Shown: positions 42,329 through 52,478 of the stretch, one piece after another
Position numbering within the stretch: position 1 is the first letter of the stretch
Layout: every line of letters starts with the position of its first letter
DNA from: Candidatus Peregrinibacteria bacterium
Lineage (GTDB): Bacteria; Patescibacteriota; Gracilibacteria; Peribacterales; Peribacteraceae
Length of the DNA stretch: 64,000 nucleotides
NCBI GenBank assembly: GCA_018648865.1
Contig: JABGQH010000009.1
Location: forward strand, 12,917-76,916
Direction: 5' to 3'
Made by a program: the position numbers and the translations under genes
Notes under the pieces: generated by a model
The model's database searches: none
What the model saw: only the letters and a program-made list of their open reading frames with translations
What the model was told of the DNA's origin: nothing

Positions 42329-43609
42329 CTAAAAGCTCATAGCTGATAGCTTTGCTTTTGCTACCTCTCTTTCATCCCAATCAACTGCTCCTCCAATTTT
42401 GTTCATTGTGCTAAATGGGCCCATGCCGCATAGAACAACTGCGTCGCCTTCTTTCGCATTTTCAAAAAGGAAGGAGATTGCCTCACTTCTGTCAAAAATC
42501 TTATACGCTTCGCATTTAGATTGATCTATTCCATTCCACACTTCATCAAGTACTGAATGAGGATCTTCTCCGTAGGTTTCATCCTCTGTAGCAACTACGA
42601 AGTCCGCAAGATCACTACATATCTGACCAACTATTGGTCTCTTCTCTTTCATTCTATCTCCACAGCTAGAGCAAAGAACCATTACTCTTCCGTTCCCTCC
42701 AACTATTTGTCTAAGTGTGTTTAGAGTTTTTTCGTATGCATTAGGTGAAACTGCAAAATCTACAAATACAGAGAAAGGTTGTCCTTCATCTATCATCTCC
42801 ATTCTTCCTGGGATACTACTAAAATCGCTTAATGCTTCTACAGCTTCTAAAACAGATATGCCACAAGCTTTGGCACATCCAATTGCACACAAAGCGTTTT
42901 GAATGTTGAACAGACCAGGAATTGGGATAGATAGATTGATATTTTCATCGTTATTATTAATCAATGCAGTACATTTTGTATTTGAGGCTTTAATTTCTTT
43001 TGCTTGAACATCTGCAGCCTCCTCTGTATCTGAAATTGAGATTGTTTTGCCTTTTAAAATAGAAGAGAAATATCCAAAAGATTCATCCGAAGCATTAAGT
43101 ACTTTAGTTCCGTTTTTACTAAGCATTCTAAGCAAAATTGCTTTATCTTTTATATATTGCTTCATTGAACCGTGATAATCCAAATGCTCTAGCGAAATAT
43201 TGGTGATAGTTGCAATACTAGGAAAAGTCCAACTTGAACGTCCTTGTACAAGTCCATGAGAAGACATCTCTACGACTGCATGCGTGCATCCCCTTTTAAC
43301 AAGTTTTCTTAGAAACTTTTGGAGAACGAAAGGGCTTATAGATGTTAAATGCGTAGAATTTTCCTCAACTTCATCTTCTATTTGAACAAATGCTGTAGAT
43401 GCTGCACCTGCTCTAATCCCATTTTTCTTTAGAATATGAGCAATCATTCCAGCAGTAGTGGTTTTACCATCTGTACCAGTTACGCCTATCACAGTTAGTT
43501 TCCTAGCAGGAAAACGGTACTTAAGTGCTGCAATCAATGCTTTAGATTGATGCCAGCCGAGTCTAAGTGGGCTCCTGTTGCCTATATATTTTTTTAAGAA
43601 CTTAATCAC
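42329..43609 (-). CDS. murE: MurE-like UDP-MurNAc-peptide ligase
   Basis: GVTGTDGKTT, EMSSHGL, TNISLEHLDYH, PGRME. Confidence 0.8.
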   Translation of the reverse strand: MIKFLKKYIGNRSPLRLGWHQSKALIAALKYRFPARKLTVIGVTGTDGKTTTAGMIAHILKKNGIRAGAASTAFVQIEDEVEENSTHLTSISPFVLQKFLRKLVKRGCTHAVVEMSSHGLVQGRSSWTFPSIATITNISLEHLDYHGSMKQYIKDKAILLRMLSKNGTKVLNASDESFGYFSSILKGKTISISDTEEAADVQAKEIKASNTKCTALINNNDENINLSIPIPGLFNIQNALCAIGCAKACGISVLEAVEALSDFSSIPGRMEMIDEGQPFSVFVDFAVSPNAYEKTLNTLRQIVGGNGRVMVLCSSCGDRMKEKRPIVGQICSDLADFVVATEDETYGEDPHSVLDEVWNGIDQSKCEAYKIFDRSEAISFLFENAKEGDAVVLCGMGPFSTMNKIGGAVDWDEREVAKAKLSAMSF

Positions 43610-43991
43610 TGAGTATCATTCTACAGGCTTCTATGTCTTGCTCAATCTGGTTCTTTAGTTCTTCTGGCCCTTTAAAATTTTGTACTTCTCTTAAATATTG
43701 CATAACAGTAATAGTTATCTCTTTTGGAAGTGATTCTAGATATGAATCAAGTAGATGAATTTCACATGCTCTGGTGTCATTAAAAACAGGTCTGTCTCCG
43801 TAATGCATTACTCCAATATAAATATTATCATCATCACAGACTTTCACTAAACAGGCATAAATCCCATCATCCATCTCTTCTGGGACAGCAGCCATATTTA
43901 CGTTGATAGTTGGAATTCCGAGTTCTTTCCCGCCTCTGTCTGATCCAGTAATTGCAGAAGCTGTGAATGTTAGTGGTAGGGGAGTTGTCAT
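43602..43991 (-). CDS. Stand-alone riboflavin kinase domain (no FAD synthetase domain)
   Basis: GKELGIPTIN, GIYAC, EIHLLD, LKNQIEQD. Confidence 0.85.
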   Translation of the reverse strand: MTTPLPLTFTASAITGSDRGGKELGIPTINVNMAAVPEEMDDGIYACLVKVCDDDNIYIGVMHYGDRPVFNDTRACEIHLLDSYLESLPKEITITVMQYLREVQNFKGPEELKNQIEQDIEACRMILSD

Positions 43992-44070
43992 AGGTTCAGT
44001 TTACATTATTTACATAAAGACTATATGTTTTATATGAAGATTGAAATATAGGTATGTATACTATTATTAA

Positions 44071-45750
44071 ATGAAAAAGATATGCACAAAGTGTTCGGCA
44101 GGATTTGAGATCACAGAAGAAGATATTGATATGCTGAGTGATTTAAGTCCTGTGATTGGAGGGAAGAAATACGAAATTCCACCACCAACGCTTTGTCCTA
44201 GGTGTAGATCCAAAAGAAGGCTATCTCATGTTAACCAATTAAATTTATATGAGAGGAAATGTAATCTAACTGGAGCAAGCATTATTTCAAATATTAGACC
44301 TGAGTTGCCTTATAAGGTATATCGCCAAGAAGATTGGTACAGCGATAAGTGGGATCCATTAGATTATGGAATGAATTTTGATTTTAATAGACCATTTTTT
44401 GAACAATGGAATGAGCTTGTATTAAATGTTCCACTCCCCAATCTATTTACAGGATATGAATTTGATGAAAATTGTGAATATACAAACCACGCAGGTAAAA
44501 ATCAGAATTGTTATTTGGTTTTTGATTCAGATGAAGACAGAGACTGCTATTACAGCTACAGCATAAATCAGTGTGTAAATTGTATGGACTGCTATCGAAC
44601 TAGGAAGTCTGAATTATGTTATGAGTGTGTTGATTGTGTTAAATGTTATGAGTCTTCATTCTTACAAGATTGTAATAATTGTAGCTCTAGCATGTTTTTA
44701 AAAAACTGTACTGGATGTAAAAACTGCTTGATGTGCTCTAACATGAACAATAAAGAATATTTTGTAGAAAATAAAAAAGTTTCAAAAGAAGAGTTTGAAA
44801 ACTTTAGATCATTATTGGGTTCATATGCTTCTTTAAAGAATGCAAAAGAAAGGTTTATGAAATTAAAATTAGAGTATCCACAAAAATATATACATGGGAT
44901 TCAAAACGAAGATGTAGTAGGGGATTACCTAGTTAATTGTAAAAATGCATATATGTGCTTCGATAGCGAGGACTTATGGGATTGCAGGTATGTTTGCCAA
45001 GGTTTTATGCCTCTAAAAAATTGTATGGATATAGATGAATGTGGAGAGGCAGAAAAGTTGTATGAGTGCACGGTTTGTGGTTACCAAATTAATTCCTGTT
45101 GCTTCTGTGACCATACATTAGGAATGATGACTGACCTTTTATATTGTTCCCATTGCCCACATACTACAGATTCATTTGGTTGCAGAGGTGTTCAAAGAAA
45201 GGAGTACTGCATTCTAAATAAGCAATATACAAAAGAAGAATATGAAGAATTGGTACCTAGGATTATTAATCACATGATTGAAACAGGTGAATGGGGCGAG
45301 AACTTTCCATCCACAACATCTAAATACGCATATAACGAGACGATGGCTCAAGATCATTATCCACTAAATAAAGAGCAGGCAGTTAAAGAAGGTTTAAATT
45401 GGCTAGATGATGAAAAGAAGATTGATCAATACATGGGTCCAGTAAATGTATTACCAGATAATGTGAAAGATGCCCCCGATGATGTTTGTAAAAAAATCTA
45501 CATTTGTGAGGAATCAGGTGAGCCATATAAAATTATTCCTCAGGAACTTTCGTTTTATAAAGAATTAAATTTACCATTACCTAGAAAAGGTTTCTTTAAA
45601 CGTAATAAGGATAGAATGAAGTTAAGAAGCCCAAGAAAATTATATGGCAGGAAATGCGAAGAGTGCGGAATTGAATTCATGACTTCTTATGCATTAGATA
45701 GAGAGGAAAAAATCTTTTGCGAATCCTGTTACCAGAAAGCTCTAATATGA
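44071..45750 (+). CDS. Cys-rich zinc-ribbon/repeat protein, array copy 1
   Basis: CxxC...PTLCPxCR...WYSDKWDP...DFNRPFF, Cys repeats, GEWGE.FP, C-terminal FCESCY. Confidence 0.9.
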   Translation: MKKICTKCSAGFEITEEDIDMLSDLSPVIGGKKYEIPPPTLCPRCRSKRRLSHVNQLNLYERKCNLTGASIISNIRPELPYKVYRQEDWYSDKWDPLDYGMNFDFNRPFFEQWNELVLNVPLPNLFTGYEFDENCEYTNHAGKNQNCYLVFDSDEDRDCYYSYSINQCVNCMDCYRTRKSELCYECVDCVKCYESSFLQDCNNCSSSMFLKNCTGCKNCLMCSNMNNKEYFVENKKVSKEEFENFRSLLGSYASLKNAKERFMKLKLEYPQKYIHGIQNEDVVGDYLVNCKNAYMCFDSEDLWDCRYVCQGFMPLKNCMDIDECGEAEKLYECTVCGYQINSCCFCDHTLGMMTDLLYCSHCPHTTDSFGCRGVQRKEYCILNKQYTKEEYEELVPRIINHMIETGEWGENFPSTTSKYAYNETMAQDHYPLNKEQAVKEGLNWLDDEKKIDQYMGPVNVLPDNVKDAPDDVCKKIYICEESGEPYKIIPQELSFYKELNLPLPRKGFFKRNKDRMKLRSPRKLYGRKCEECGIEFMTSYALDREEKIFCESCYQKALI

Positions 45751-47399
45751 AAAACTCTTGCAGCGAATGCTCGGCAAAATTTGAAGTAACAGATAGTGAT
45801 TTAGAATTCTTTGGTAAATTTAAATACCCCATATCTACACCTACTCTGTGTCCGGCCTGTCGAGTACAAAGGAGGATGTCTTGGAGGAACGATAGAACTT
45901 TCTACCATCGAAAATCCTCCTTATCAAAAAAACAGATGGTATCTATTTATCCAGAAAATACCCCTTGGCCTGTATATCTACAGAGTGAGTGGTATAGCGA
46001 TAAATGGAATCCTTTGGATTATGGAATTGAATTTGATTTTAGCGTTCCATTCTTTACTCAGTTTAAAGAGCTAATGATGACAGTACCTAGACTGGGTATG
46101 GATTTAATTAATTGTGAGAACAGCGAATATTGTAATTACTGTGGTGATGATAAAAACTGTTATTTAGATATTGCAGGTGAGGCCAATGAAGATTGTTACT
46201 TCTGTTTATTTACTAAATATTCAAAAAATTGCTTAGACTGCACATTCGCTTATCATTCAACTCTGTGTCATGAATGCATACAGGTTTACAACTCATATGC
46301 ATGTAGGAATTCTATGTACTTAGATAACTGCAGTGATTGCGCATTTAGTTTCGATCTAAAAGGATGCAAGAACTGCCTACTTTCTATTAACCTTCGTAAT
46401 AAAGAATATTATATTTTGAACGAACCTCATACAAAGGAGGAATATGAAAAGAAACTTTTAGAATTAAATTTGAGTTCTAATGAAGCACTAAAAAGTGTTC
46501 ATGATATTTGGAAAAAAATGAGAATTGAAAATGGAATCTATAGAGACATGTACACCTTGAATTGTGAAGACTGCACAGGAAATAACGTTAAGACATCAAA
46601 AAATTGTCATGGATGTTACAACACAACAGACTCAGAAGATTGTAAATATTTATATGATGTCCTAGATGCAAAGGACTGTCAGGATTTAAATTACTCACTT
46701 TATAAACCAGAGGTAGCATATGAACTCTGTTCAACGTTAAATATGACTTATAGCGCCTTCTGCTACGCTTCTCATTACAGTAATAATTGTTTCTATTGTG
46801 ATAAGACAAATCATAGTAGCAACTGTTTTGGTTGTATTGGATTAGACCATATGGAGTATTGCATTCTGAACAAGCAATATACAAAGGAAGAATACGAAGA
46901 ATTGCTGCCAAGAATTATCGCATACATGGAAAAAACTAAAGAATGGGGACAGTTCTTTCCAGTTACACTTTCACCATATGGATATAACGAAACTGTTGCC
47001 CATGAATACATGCCACTAACTCAGAAAGAGGTAGAGAAGAATGGTTGGGTTTGGACGTTGCAAGAAGAAAAGGAAAGTTACATGGGTCCAGAAGTACAAA
47101 TACCAGATACAATTTCGGATGTAAGCGATGATATTTGTAATGAGCTTATAACCTGCGATAAAAGTGGTAAGCCTTTTAAGATAATTCCACAAGAGCTTAA
47201 ATTTTATCGCGAGCAGGGGATTCCAATACCTAGGAGGTCCCCAATGCAAAGGCATACAGATAGAAATGACCTAAGAAATCCACGCAAGCTCTGGGACAGA
47301 AAATGTGATAAGTGCTCAAATGATATTCAAACAAGTTACAGTCCAGATAGGCCAGAGAAGGTTTTTTGTGAGGAATGTTATCTAAAAGAGGTATACTAG
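45747..47399 (+). CDS. Cys-rich protein, array copy 2 (start ATG 45747, ATGA overlap with copy 1 stop)
   Basis: Paralogue; MKNSCSEC aligns with the other N-termini; ends CEECYLKEVY. Confidence 0.9.
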   Translation: MKNSCSECSAKFEVTDSDLEFFGKFKYPISTPTLCPACRVQRRMSWRNDRTFYHRKSSLSKKQMVSIYPENTPWPVYLQSEWYSDKWNPLDYGIEFDFSVPFFTQFKELMMTVPRLGMDLINCENSEYCNYCGDDKNCYLDIAGEANEDCYFCLFTKYSKNCLDCTFAYHSTLCHECIQVYNSYACRNSMYLDNCSDCAFSFDLKGCKNCLLSINLRNKEYYILNEPHTKEEYEKKLLELNLSSNEALKSVHDIWKKMRIENGIYRDMYTLNCEDCTGNNVKTSKNCHGCYNTTDSEDCKYLYDVLDAKDCQDLNYSLYKPEVAYELCSTLNMTYSAFCYASHYSNNCFYCDKTNHSSNCFGCIGLDHMEYCILNKQYTKEEYEELLPRIIAYMEKTKEWGQFFPVTLSPYGYNETVAHEYMPLTQKEVEKNGWVWTLQEEKESYMGPEVQIPDTISDVSDDICNELITCDKSGKPFKIIPQELKFYREQGIPIPRRSPMQRHTDRNDLRNPRKLWDRKCDKCSNDIQTSYSPDRPEKVFCEECYLKEVY

Positions 47400-47419
47400 G
47401 CACCAATGCAGAAAAAATG
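47361..47419 (+). repeat. 59-bp junction repeat, exact copy at 49050-49108; variants at junctions near 50750-50800, 52435-52485 and 54125-54176
   Basis: GTTTTTTGTGAGGAATGTTATCTAAAAGAGGTATACTAGGCACCAATGCAGAAAAAATG occurs twice. Confidence 0.92.
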
Positions 47420-49088
47420 CTGTAAATGTCCGGGATCGTTTGAAATAACTGACGAGGATTTAGTATTTTACGACAAAGTTTCACCAATAATTAATAAAAA
47501 GAAACACAGAATACCAACTCCTACTCTATGCACACCCTGTAGAGAGCAGAGGCGTTTAGCAATCCCGAATGTTAGAAACTTCTATTCTAGAGAATGTAAT
47601 CTTTGTCAGAAGATGATGGTATCAGCATATGCATCCGATCAACTATTTACAGTCTATTGCCAAGAATGTTGGTGGGGTGATAAGTGGGATGAATTAACTT
47701 ACGGTGTTGATGTTGATTTCTCACGTCCATTTATCGAGCAGATGCAAGAATTACAACTAAAAGTGCCACGGCTTACCTTGATGAATAAGGCTGCAGAGAA
47801 CAGTGAGTTCTGTAACTACGCAGGATTCAACAAGAATTGTTATCTAGCAATTGCTGGTTCGTGGTACAACGAAGATTGTTTATATGGAACGTGTTTCGAT
47901 CACTCAAAAAACTCTGTGGATTGCTCATTTCTTTCTTACGGAGAATTGTGTTACGAATGCATCTATGGCACTAAATTATACAATTGTGTTTACTGTGTTG
48001 ATTCCTCTGATTCCTCAGATTGTCTATTTTCATTCAATTTAAGAGGTTGTAGAAATTGCATTCTAAGCAGTAATATACGTAACAAACAGTATTACATACG
48101 TAATAAGCAATGCACTAAGCAAGAATTTGATGAAATCAGGAGTATGATTTCTAGGTACGAAATCTTCCAGAAATATCTAACAGAGTTTCACAAGTGGAGA
48201 AAAACACTCTTGCGTCCAGCTAACTACAATATTAACTGTGAAGATTGTATCGGCGACTATCTGCGGAATTGCAAAAATGTAGTAAACGGCTTTATTGGAA
48301 ATGGGGTAGAGGATGCAAAAAATGTTTTCATGGTTGAGTATTCAAAGGATTTTATGGACTGTTGTTTTGCAGGTTACGATAATGCTCAACTTTTCTATGA
48401 ATGCATAGCCGCTGGTATAGGAGGGCAGCGTAATCAATTCTGTTTTCAGAATTGGTCATGCAATGACATACTTTATTGCGATACACCACAGTCATCATCA
48501 GACTGTTTCGGTTGCATTTGTATTCGCAATAAACAATTTTGTATTCTAAATAAGCAATATTCAAAGAACGAATACCAAGAGTTAGTACCAAGAATCATAG
48601 ATCTTATGAAAAAACATGGAGAGTGGGGAGAGTTCTTTCCATCTAGCTATAGTCCATTCGCTTATAACGAGACATTTGCTCAAGACTACTATCCTCTAGC
48701 CAAAAAAGAAGCACTAATGAATAATCTAAAATGGAGAGAGGACACTAATGAAATATTAAAAGTAGATCGAACTATACCTTCTAGTAATCTACCTGATTCT
48801 ATCCATGACATTCCAGATGATATTCTTAATTGGGCTGTAATATGTGCAGAAACTGGTAAGCCGTACCGTATTGTAAAACAAGAACTTTACTATTATCGTT
48901 CACAGAACCTACCAGTTCCTCGATTACACTACGATGCTCGCAATAAGCATCGCATCCAATTACACAATTTGAATAAGATACACAAAAAGCAATGCGACAA
49001 GTGCAACAAAGAAATGCATACAGTTTATTCAACTGATTGTTCTGAAACAGTTTTTTGTGAGGAATGTTATCTAAAAGAGGTATACTAG
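47406..49088 (+). CDS. Cys-rich protein, array copy 3
   Basis: Paralogue, 560 aa, ends CEECYLKEVY. Confidence 0.9.
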   Translation: MQKKCCKCPGSFEITDEDLVFYDKVSPIINKKKHRIPTPTLCTPCREQRRLAIPNVRNFYSRECNLCQKMMVSAYASDQLFTVYCQECWWGDKWDELTYGVDVDFSRPFIEQMQELQLKVPRLTLMNKAAENSEFCNYAGFNKNCYLAIAGSWYNEDCLYGTCFDHSKNSVDCSFLSYGELCYECIYGTKLYNCVYCVDSSDSSDCLFSFNLRGCRNCILSSNIRNKQYYIRNKQCTKQEFDEIRSMISRYEIFQKYLTEFHKWRKTLLRPANYNINCEDCIGDYLRNCKNVVNGFIGNGVEDAKNVFMVEYSKDFMDCCFAGYDNAQLFYECIAAGIGGQRNQFCFQNWSCNDILYCDTPQSSSDCFGCICIRNKQFCILNKQYSKNEYQELVPRIIDLMKKHGEWGEFFPSSYSPFAYNETFAQDYYPLAKKEALMNNLKWREDTNEILKVDRTIPSSNLPDSIHDIPDDILNWAVICAETGKPYRIVKQELYYYRSQNLPVPRLHYDARNKHRIQLHNLNKIHKKQCDKCNKEMHTVYSTDCSETVFCEECYLKEVY

Positions 49089-49094
49089 GCACCA

Positions 49095-50786
49095 ATGCAG
49101 AAAAAATGTCCTAAGTGCTCGGCGTCATTTAATGTAACTGACGAGGATATTTTGCTTTTAGATAAATTATCACCAGTGATTAATTCCAAAAAGCATAGTC
49201 TGCCAGCTCCTACATTATGTTTTAGCTGCAGATTACAAAGGAGGCTAGCGTTCTATAATTCTAGATCGATTTATCCTAGGAAATGCGATCTAACAGGAAA
49301 AAACATTGTATCTATTTATTCACCGGATAAGCCATACAAAGTTTACGAGAGAAGAGAATGGTATGGGGATAACTGGGATCCATTTGAATATGGCAGAGAT
49401 TTTGATTTTAATAGACCTTTCTTTGATCAATTCAAAGAATTACTAGATTCGGTTCCACATCTTTCTTTAACAGTACTAGGAGAGACTGTTAATAGTGAAT
49501 TCACTAATGACAATTTGATAGTAAAAAATTGTTATCTAATATTCGACGGAGAGAGAGCAGAGGATTGTATGTATGGTCATACATTTGTTGGTATCACTTC
49601 ATGTTTAGATTTTGCAGCAGCGGTAGATTGTGAACTCTGCTATGAAACGATCCATTGCAATAATTGTTATAACTGCAAATACAGTAGATATTCTACAAAT
49701 TGTAGTGATAGTTGGTTTATTAGGGACTGCATAGGATGTAAGAACTGTTTTGGATGTGCTAATTTGAGGCAAAAACAATATTGCATATTTAATGAACAAA
49801 AAACAAAAGAGGAATACGAGAAATACTTAGAACAATTCGATTCAACCTCGTATAAAACTGTTCAGGATATGATTAATAAAACAAATGAGTTCTTTCTGAA
49901 ATATCCTGTAAAAGAATGTAGAGGAGAACAGAATGTTGATGTCACAGGGAATAATCTAAATCAATCAAAGGATTCAAAAGACTGCTTTGACTGCAACAAA
50001 GTACAGGACTGCCATTACTGCACAAATTGCTTGGTAGGAGCAAAGGACTGCAGTGATATACATATATGGGGAGACAGCATGGAGCTCTGTTATGAAAGCT
50101 GCGTAATTGGTGTAAAGACTCAAAACTTATTGGGCTGTTATTATGTGTCACAAGGTGCAGACAACATACTCTATTCTATGTATTGCAGCAGAAGTGTAAA
50201 AAACCTATTTGGTTGCATAGGGTTACGGCATAAGAGCAATTGTATTTTCAACAAACAATATTCAGCAGAAGAGTATGAAGATCTAGCTGAAAGAATCGTT
50301 GAGCATATGAAGAAGACTGGAGAATGGGGGGAGTTCTTTCCATCTTCTATATCTGGCTTTGGTTATAACGAAACAATGGCTCAGACATTCTTTCCCTTAG
50401 AAAAAGACGATGCAAAGAAGCTTGGCTATTCATGGAGTGAATACCAATCTCCTGTAGAGGCAGATCGTACGATTGATGCTTCAAAGTTGCCAGATAGTAC
50501 AAATGACATCCCAGACGATGTTTTGAACTGGGCCATCGTATGCACAGATACAGGAAAGCCTTTTAAAATAATTAGGAAGGAACTTGAGTTTTATAGAGAT
50601 CATAAATTGCCGATTCCTCGTAAGCACCCAGACCAAAGGCATTACGATAGATTTGCTATTAAAAATCCATATCACCTTTGGGATAGATCATGCGATAAAT
50701 GTTCTAAAGAAATTAAAACAACATACGCACCAGAAAGGCCAGAAACAATTTTCTGTGAAGAATGCTATCTAAAAGAGGTATACTAA
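49095..50786 (+). CDS. Cys-rich protein, array copy 4
   Basis: Paralogue, 563 aa. Confidence 0.9.
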   Translation: MQKKCPKCSASFNVTDEDILLLDKLSPVINSKKHSLPAPTLCFSCRLQRRLAFYNSRSIYPRKCDLTGKNIVSIYSPDKPYKVYERREWYGDNWDPFEYGRDFDFNRPFFDQFKELLDSVPHLSLTVLGETVNSEFTNDNLIVKNCYLIFDGERAEDCMYGHTFVGITSCLDFAAAVDCELCYETIHCNNCYNCKYSRYSTNCSDSWFIRDCIGCKNCFGCANLRQKQYCIFNEQKTKEEYEKYLEQFDSTSYKTVQDMINKTNEFFLKYPVKECRGEQNVDVTGNNLNQSKDSKDCFDCNKVQDCHYCTNCLVGAKDCSDIHIWGDSMELCYESCVIGVKTQNLLGCYYVSQGADNILYSMYCSRSVKNLFGCIGLRHKSNCIFNKQYSAEEYEDLAERIVEHMKKTGEWGEFFPSSISGFGYNETMAQTFFPLEKDDAKKLGYSWSEYQSPVEADRTIDASKLPDSTNDIPDDVLNWAIVCTDTGKPFKIIRKELEFYRDHKLPIPRKHPDQRHYDRFAIKNPYHLWDRSCDKCSKEIKTTYAPERPETIFCEECYLKEVY

Positions 50787-50792
50787 CTGCCA

Positions 50793-52472
50793 ATGCAGCA
50801 AACCTGCGAAAAGTGTTCGGCAATGTTTGAAGTCACAGAAGGGGATTTAGAGTATTACGATGAAATATCGCCTATATTTAACGGAAAGAAATACTTAATA
50901 CCTCCTCCTGTTCAGTGCCCTGAATGTCGCTTTCAGAGGAGGTTAATATTTAGAAATGAAAGAAAATTATATAAAAGAAAATCAGATGTTTCAGGAAAAC
51001 AAATAGTAAGTATGTTTGCTCCAGATAATCCACATAAAACATGTACACAGGACGAGTGGCTTAGTAATGATTTTGACGCAATGCAGTTTAGTAGAGATTT
51101 TGATTTTGATAGTCCATTTTTCGATCAGCTAAAGGAGTTGAATATTGATGTACCGCATCCTGGTTTAAATAATACAAATGTAGAAAATAGCGAATTCACA
51201 AACTTTGCACTAAATCAGAAAAATTGTTATCTGATATTTGGAGCAGGGGATAATGAGGATTGTATATATGGAAAGTTCATTGTCTCTTCTAACAATGTTG
51301 TAGACAATTTGTCGTTATACTCCTGCGAATTTTGTTACGAAGGAGTGTCGTCTCAAAATTGTTATGAATGTACATATTTCAAAAATTGTCATAATTGTGC
51401 AAATTGCATGATGGTAGAAGACTGCAGTTCATGCAAAAACTGTTTAATGTGCTTTGGGTTAAGGAACAAGGAATATTGCATATTGAATGAGCAATTATCT
51501 AAAGAAGAATATGAAAACAGGAGAAGCAAGATTGATCCTTTAACTAATAAGAAGATTTTGGAGATGCAATTTGAATTAGATAAGTTAAAAGAAAACATTC
51601 CTCATATTGATTCTCATATATACGCGAGTGAAGATTGCACTGGTGAAACTATTTATAACAGTAAGGGGTGTCATAATTGCTTTGATATTAAGAATTGTGA
51701 GGATTGTAAATATACATCTTATACTCCGAATGGCGTTGCCTCTTACGACTCCACATTTACTGCTCCGGATGGTGTTAGGTGGTGCAATAATGTTATTTCT
51801 GCAATTGGACACAGGTGCATGGGTACTTTCTTATGTTGGTATACAAACGATGTTTATTACTCAATTAATTGCAGGAATTGTGACTTCTGTTTTGGATGTG
51901 TTGGATTACAGAATCAAAAATATTGTATTTTCAACAAGCAATACTCAAGAGATGAGTATGAAGTCATTGTTCCTAAGATAATCAAAAAAATGGAATCTGC
52001 AGGAGAATGGGGGCATTTCTTGCCTCCAGAACTTTCACATTTTGCATATAACGAGACAATTGCTAACGAATATTTTCCTCTTCTAAAAAAAGAAGTTGAA
52101 AAGAGGGGATTTAGGTGGAGAGAAGAAGATGAAGTTATTCCAGATGTAGAAAAGATAATTCCTGCTAGTCAGCTTCCACCATCAATATCAGATATTCCGG
52201 ACGATATATTAAATTGGGCTGTTAAATGTGAAATAACAGGAAGACCATTTAGAATTATAAAACCAGAATTGAATTACTACAGAAAAATGGGTCTTCCAAT
52301 TCCTCATGTTCATCCAGATGAAAGGCATAATATAAGACTTAGGAAAAAGAATCCTTACAAGCTATGGCAATGTAAGTGTGCAAACTGCTCCAAGGAAATT
52401 AAAACAACCTACGCACCAGAAAGGCCTGAAACAGTTTTTTGTGAAGATTGCTATCTAAAAGAGGTATACTAA
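50793..52472 (+). CDS. Cys-rich protein, array copy 5
   Basis: Paralogue, 559 aa. Confidence 0.9.
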   Translation: MQQTCEKCSAMFEVTEGDLEYYDEISPIFNGKKYLIPPPVQCPECRFQRRLIFRNERKLYKRKSDVSGKQIVSMFAPDNPHKTCTQDEWLSNDFDAMQFSRDFDFDSPFFDQLKELNIDVPHPGLNNTNVENSEFTNFALNQKNCYLIFGAGDNEDCIYGKFIVSSNNVVDNLSLYSCEFCYEGVSSQNCYECTYFKNCHNCANCMMVEDCSSCKNCLMCFGLRNKEYCILNEQLSKEEYENRRSKIDPLTNKKILEMQFELDKLKENIPHIDSHIYASEDCTGETIYNSKGCHNCFDIKNCEDCKYTSYTPNGVASYDSTFTAPDGVRWCNNVISAIGHRCMGTFLCWYTNDVYYSINCRNCDFCFGCVGLQNQKYCIFNKQYSRDEYEVIVPKIIKKMESAGEWGHFLPPELSHFAYNETIANEYFPLLKKEVEKRGFRWREEDEVIPDVEKIIPASQLPPSISDIPDDILNWAVKCEITGRPFRIIKPELNYYRKMGLPIPHVHPDERHNIRLRKKNPYKLWQCKCANCSKEIKTTYAPERPETVFCEDCYLKEVY

Positions 52473-52478
52473 TCACCA

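Noticed and set aside
45717-45746. TTG start of array copy 2 in the ORF track
   Set aside because: ATG 45747 overlaps the copy 1 stop (ATGA) and aligns with the paralogue N-termini
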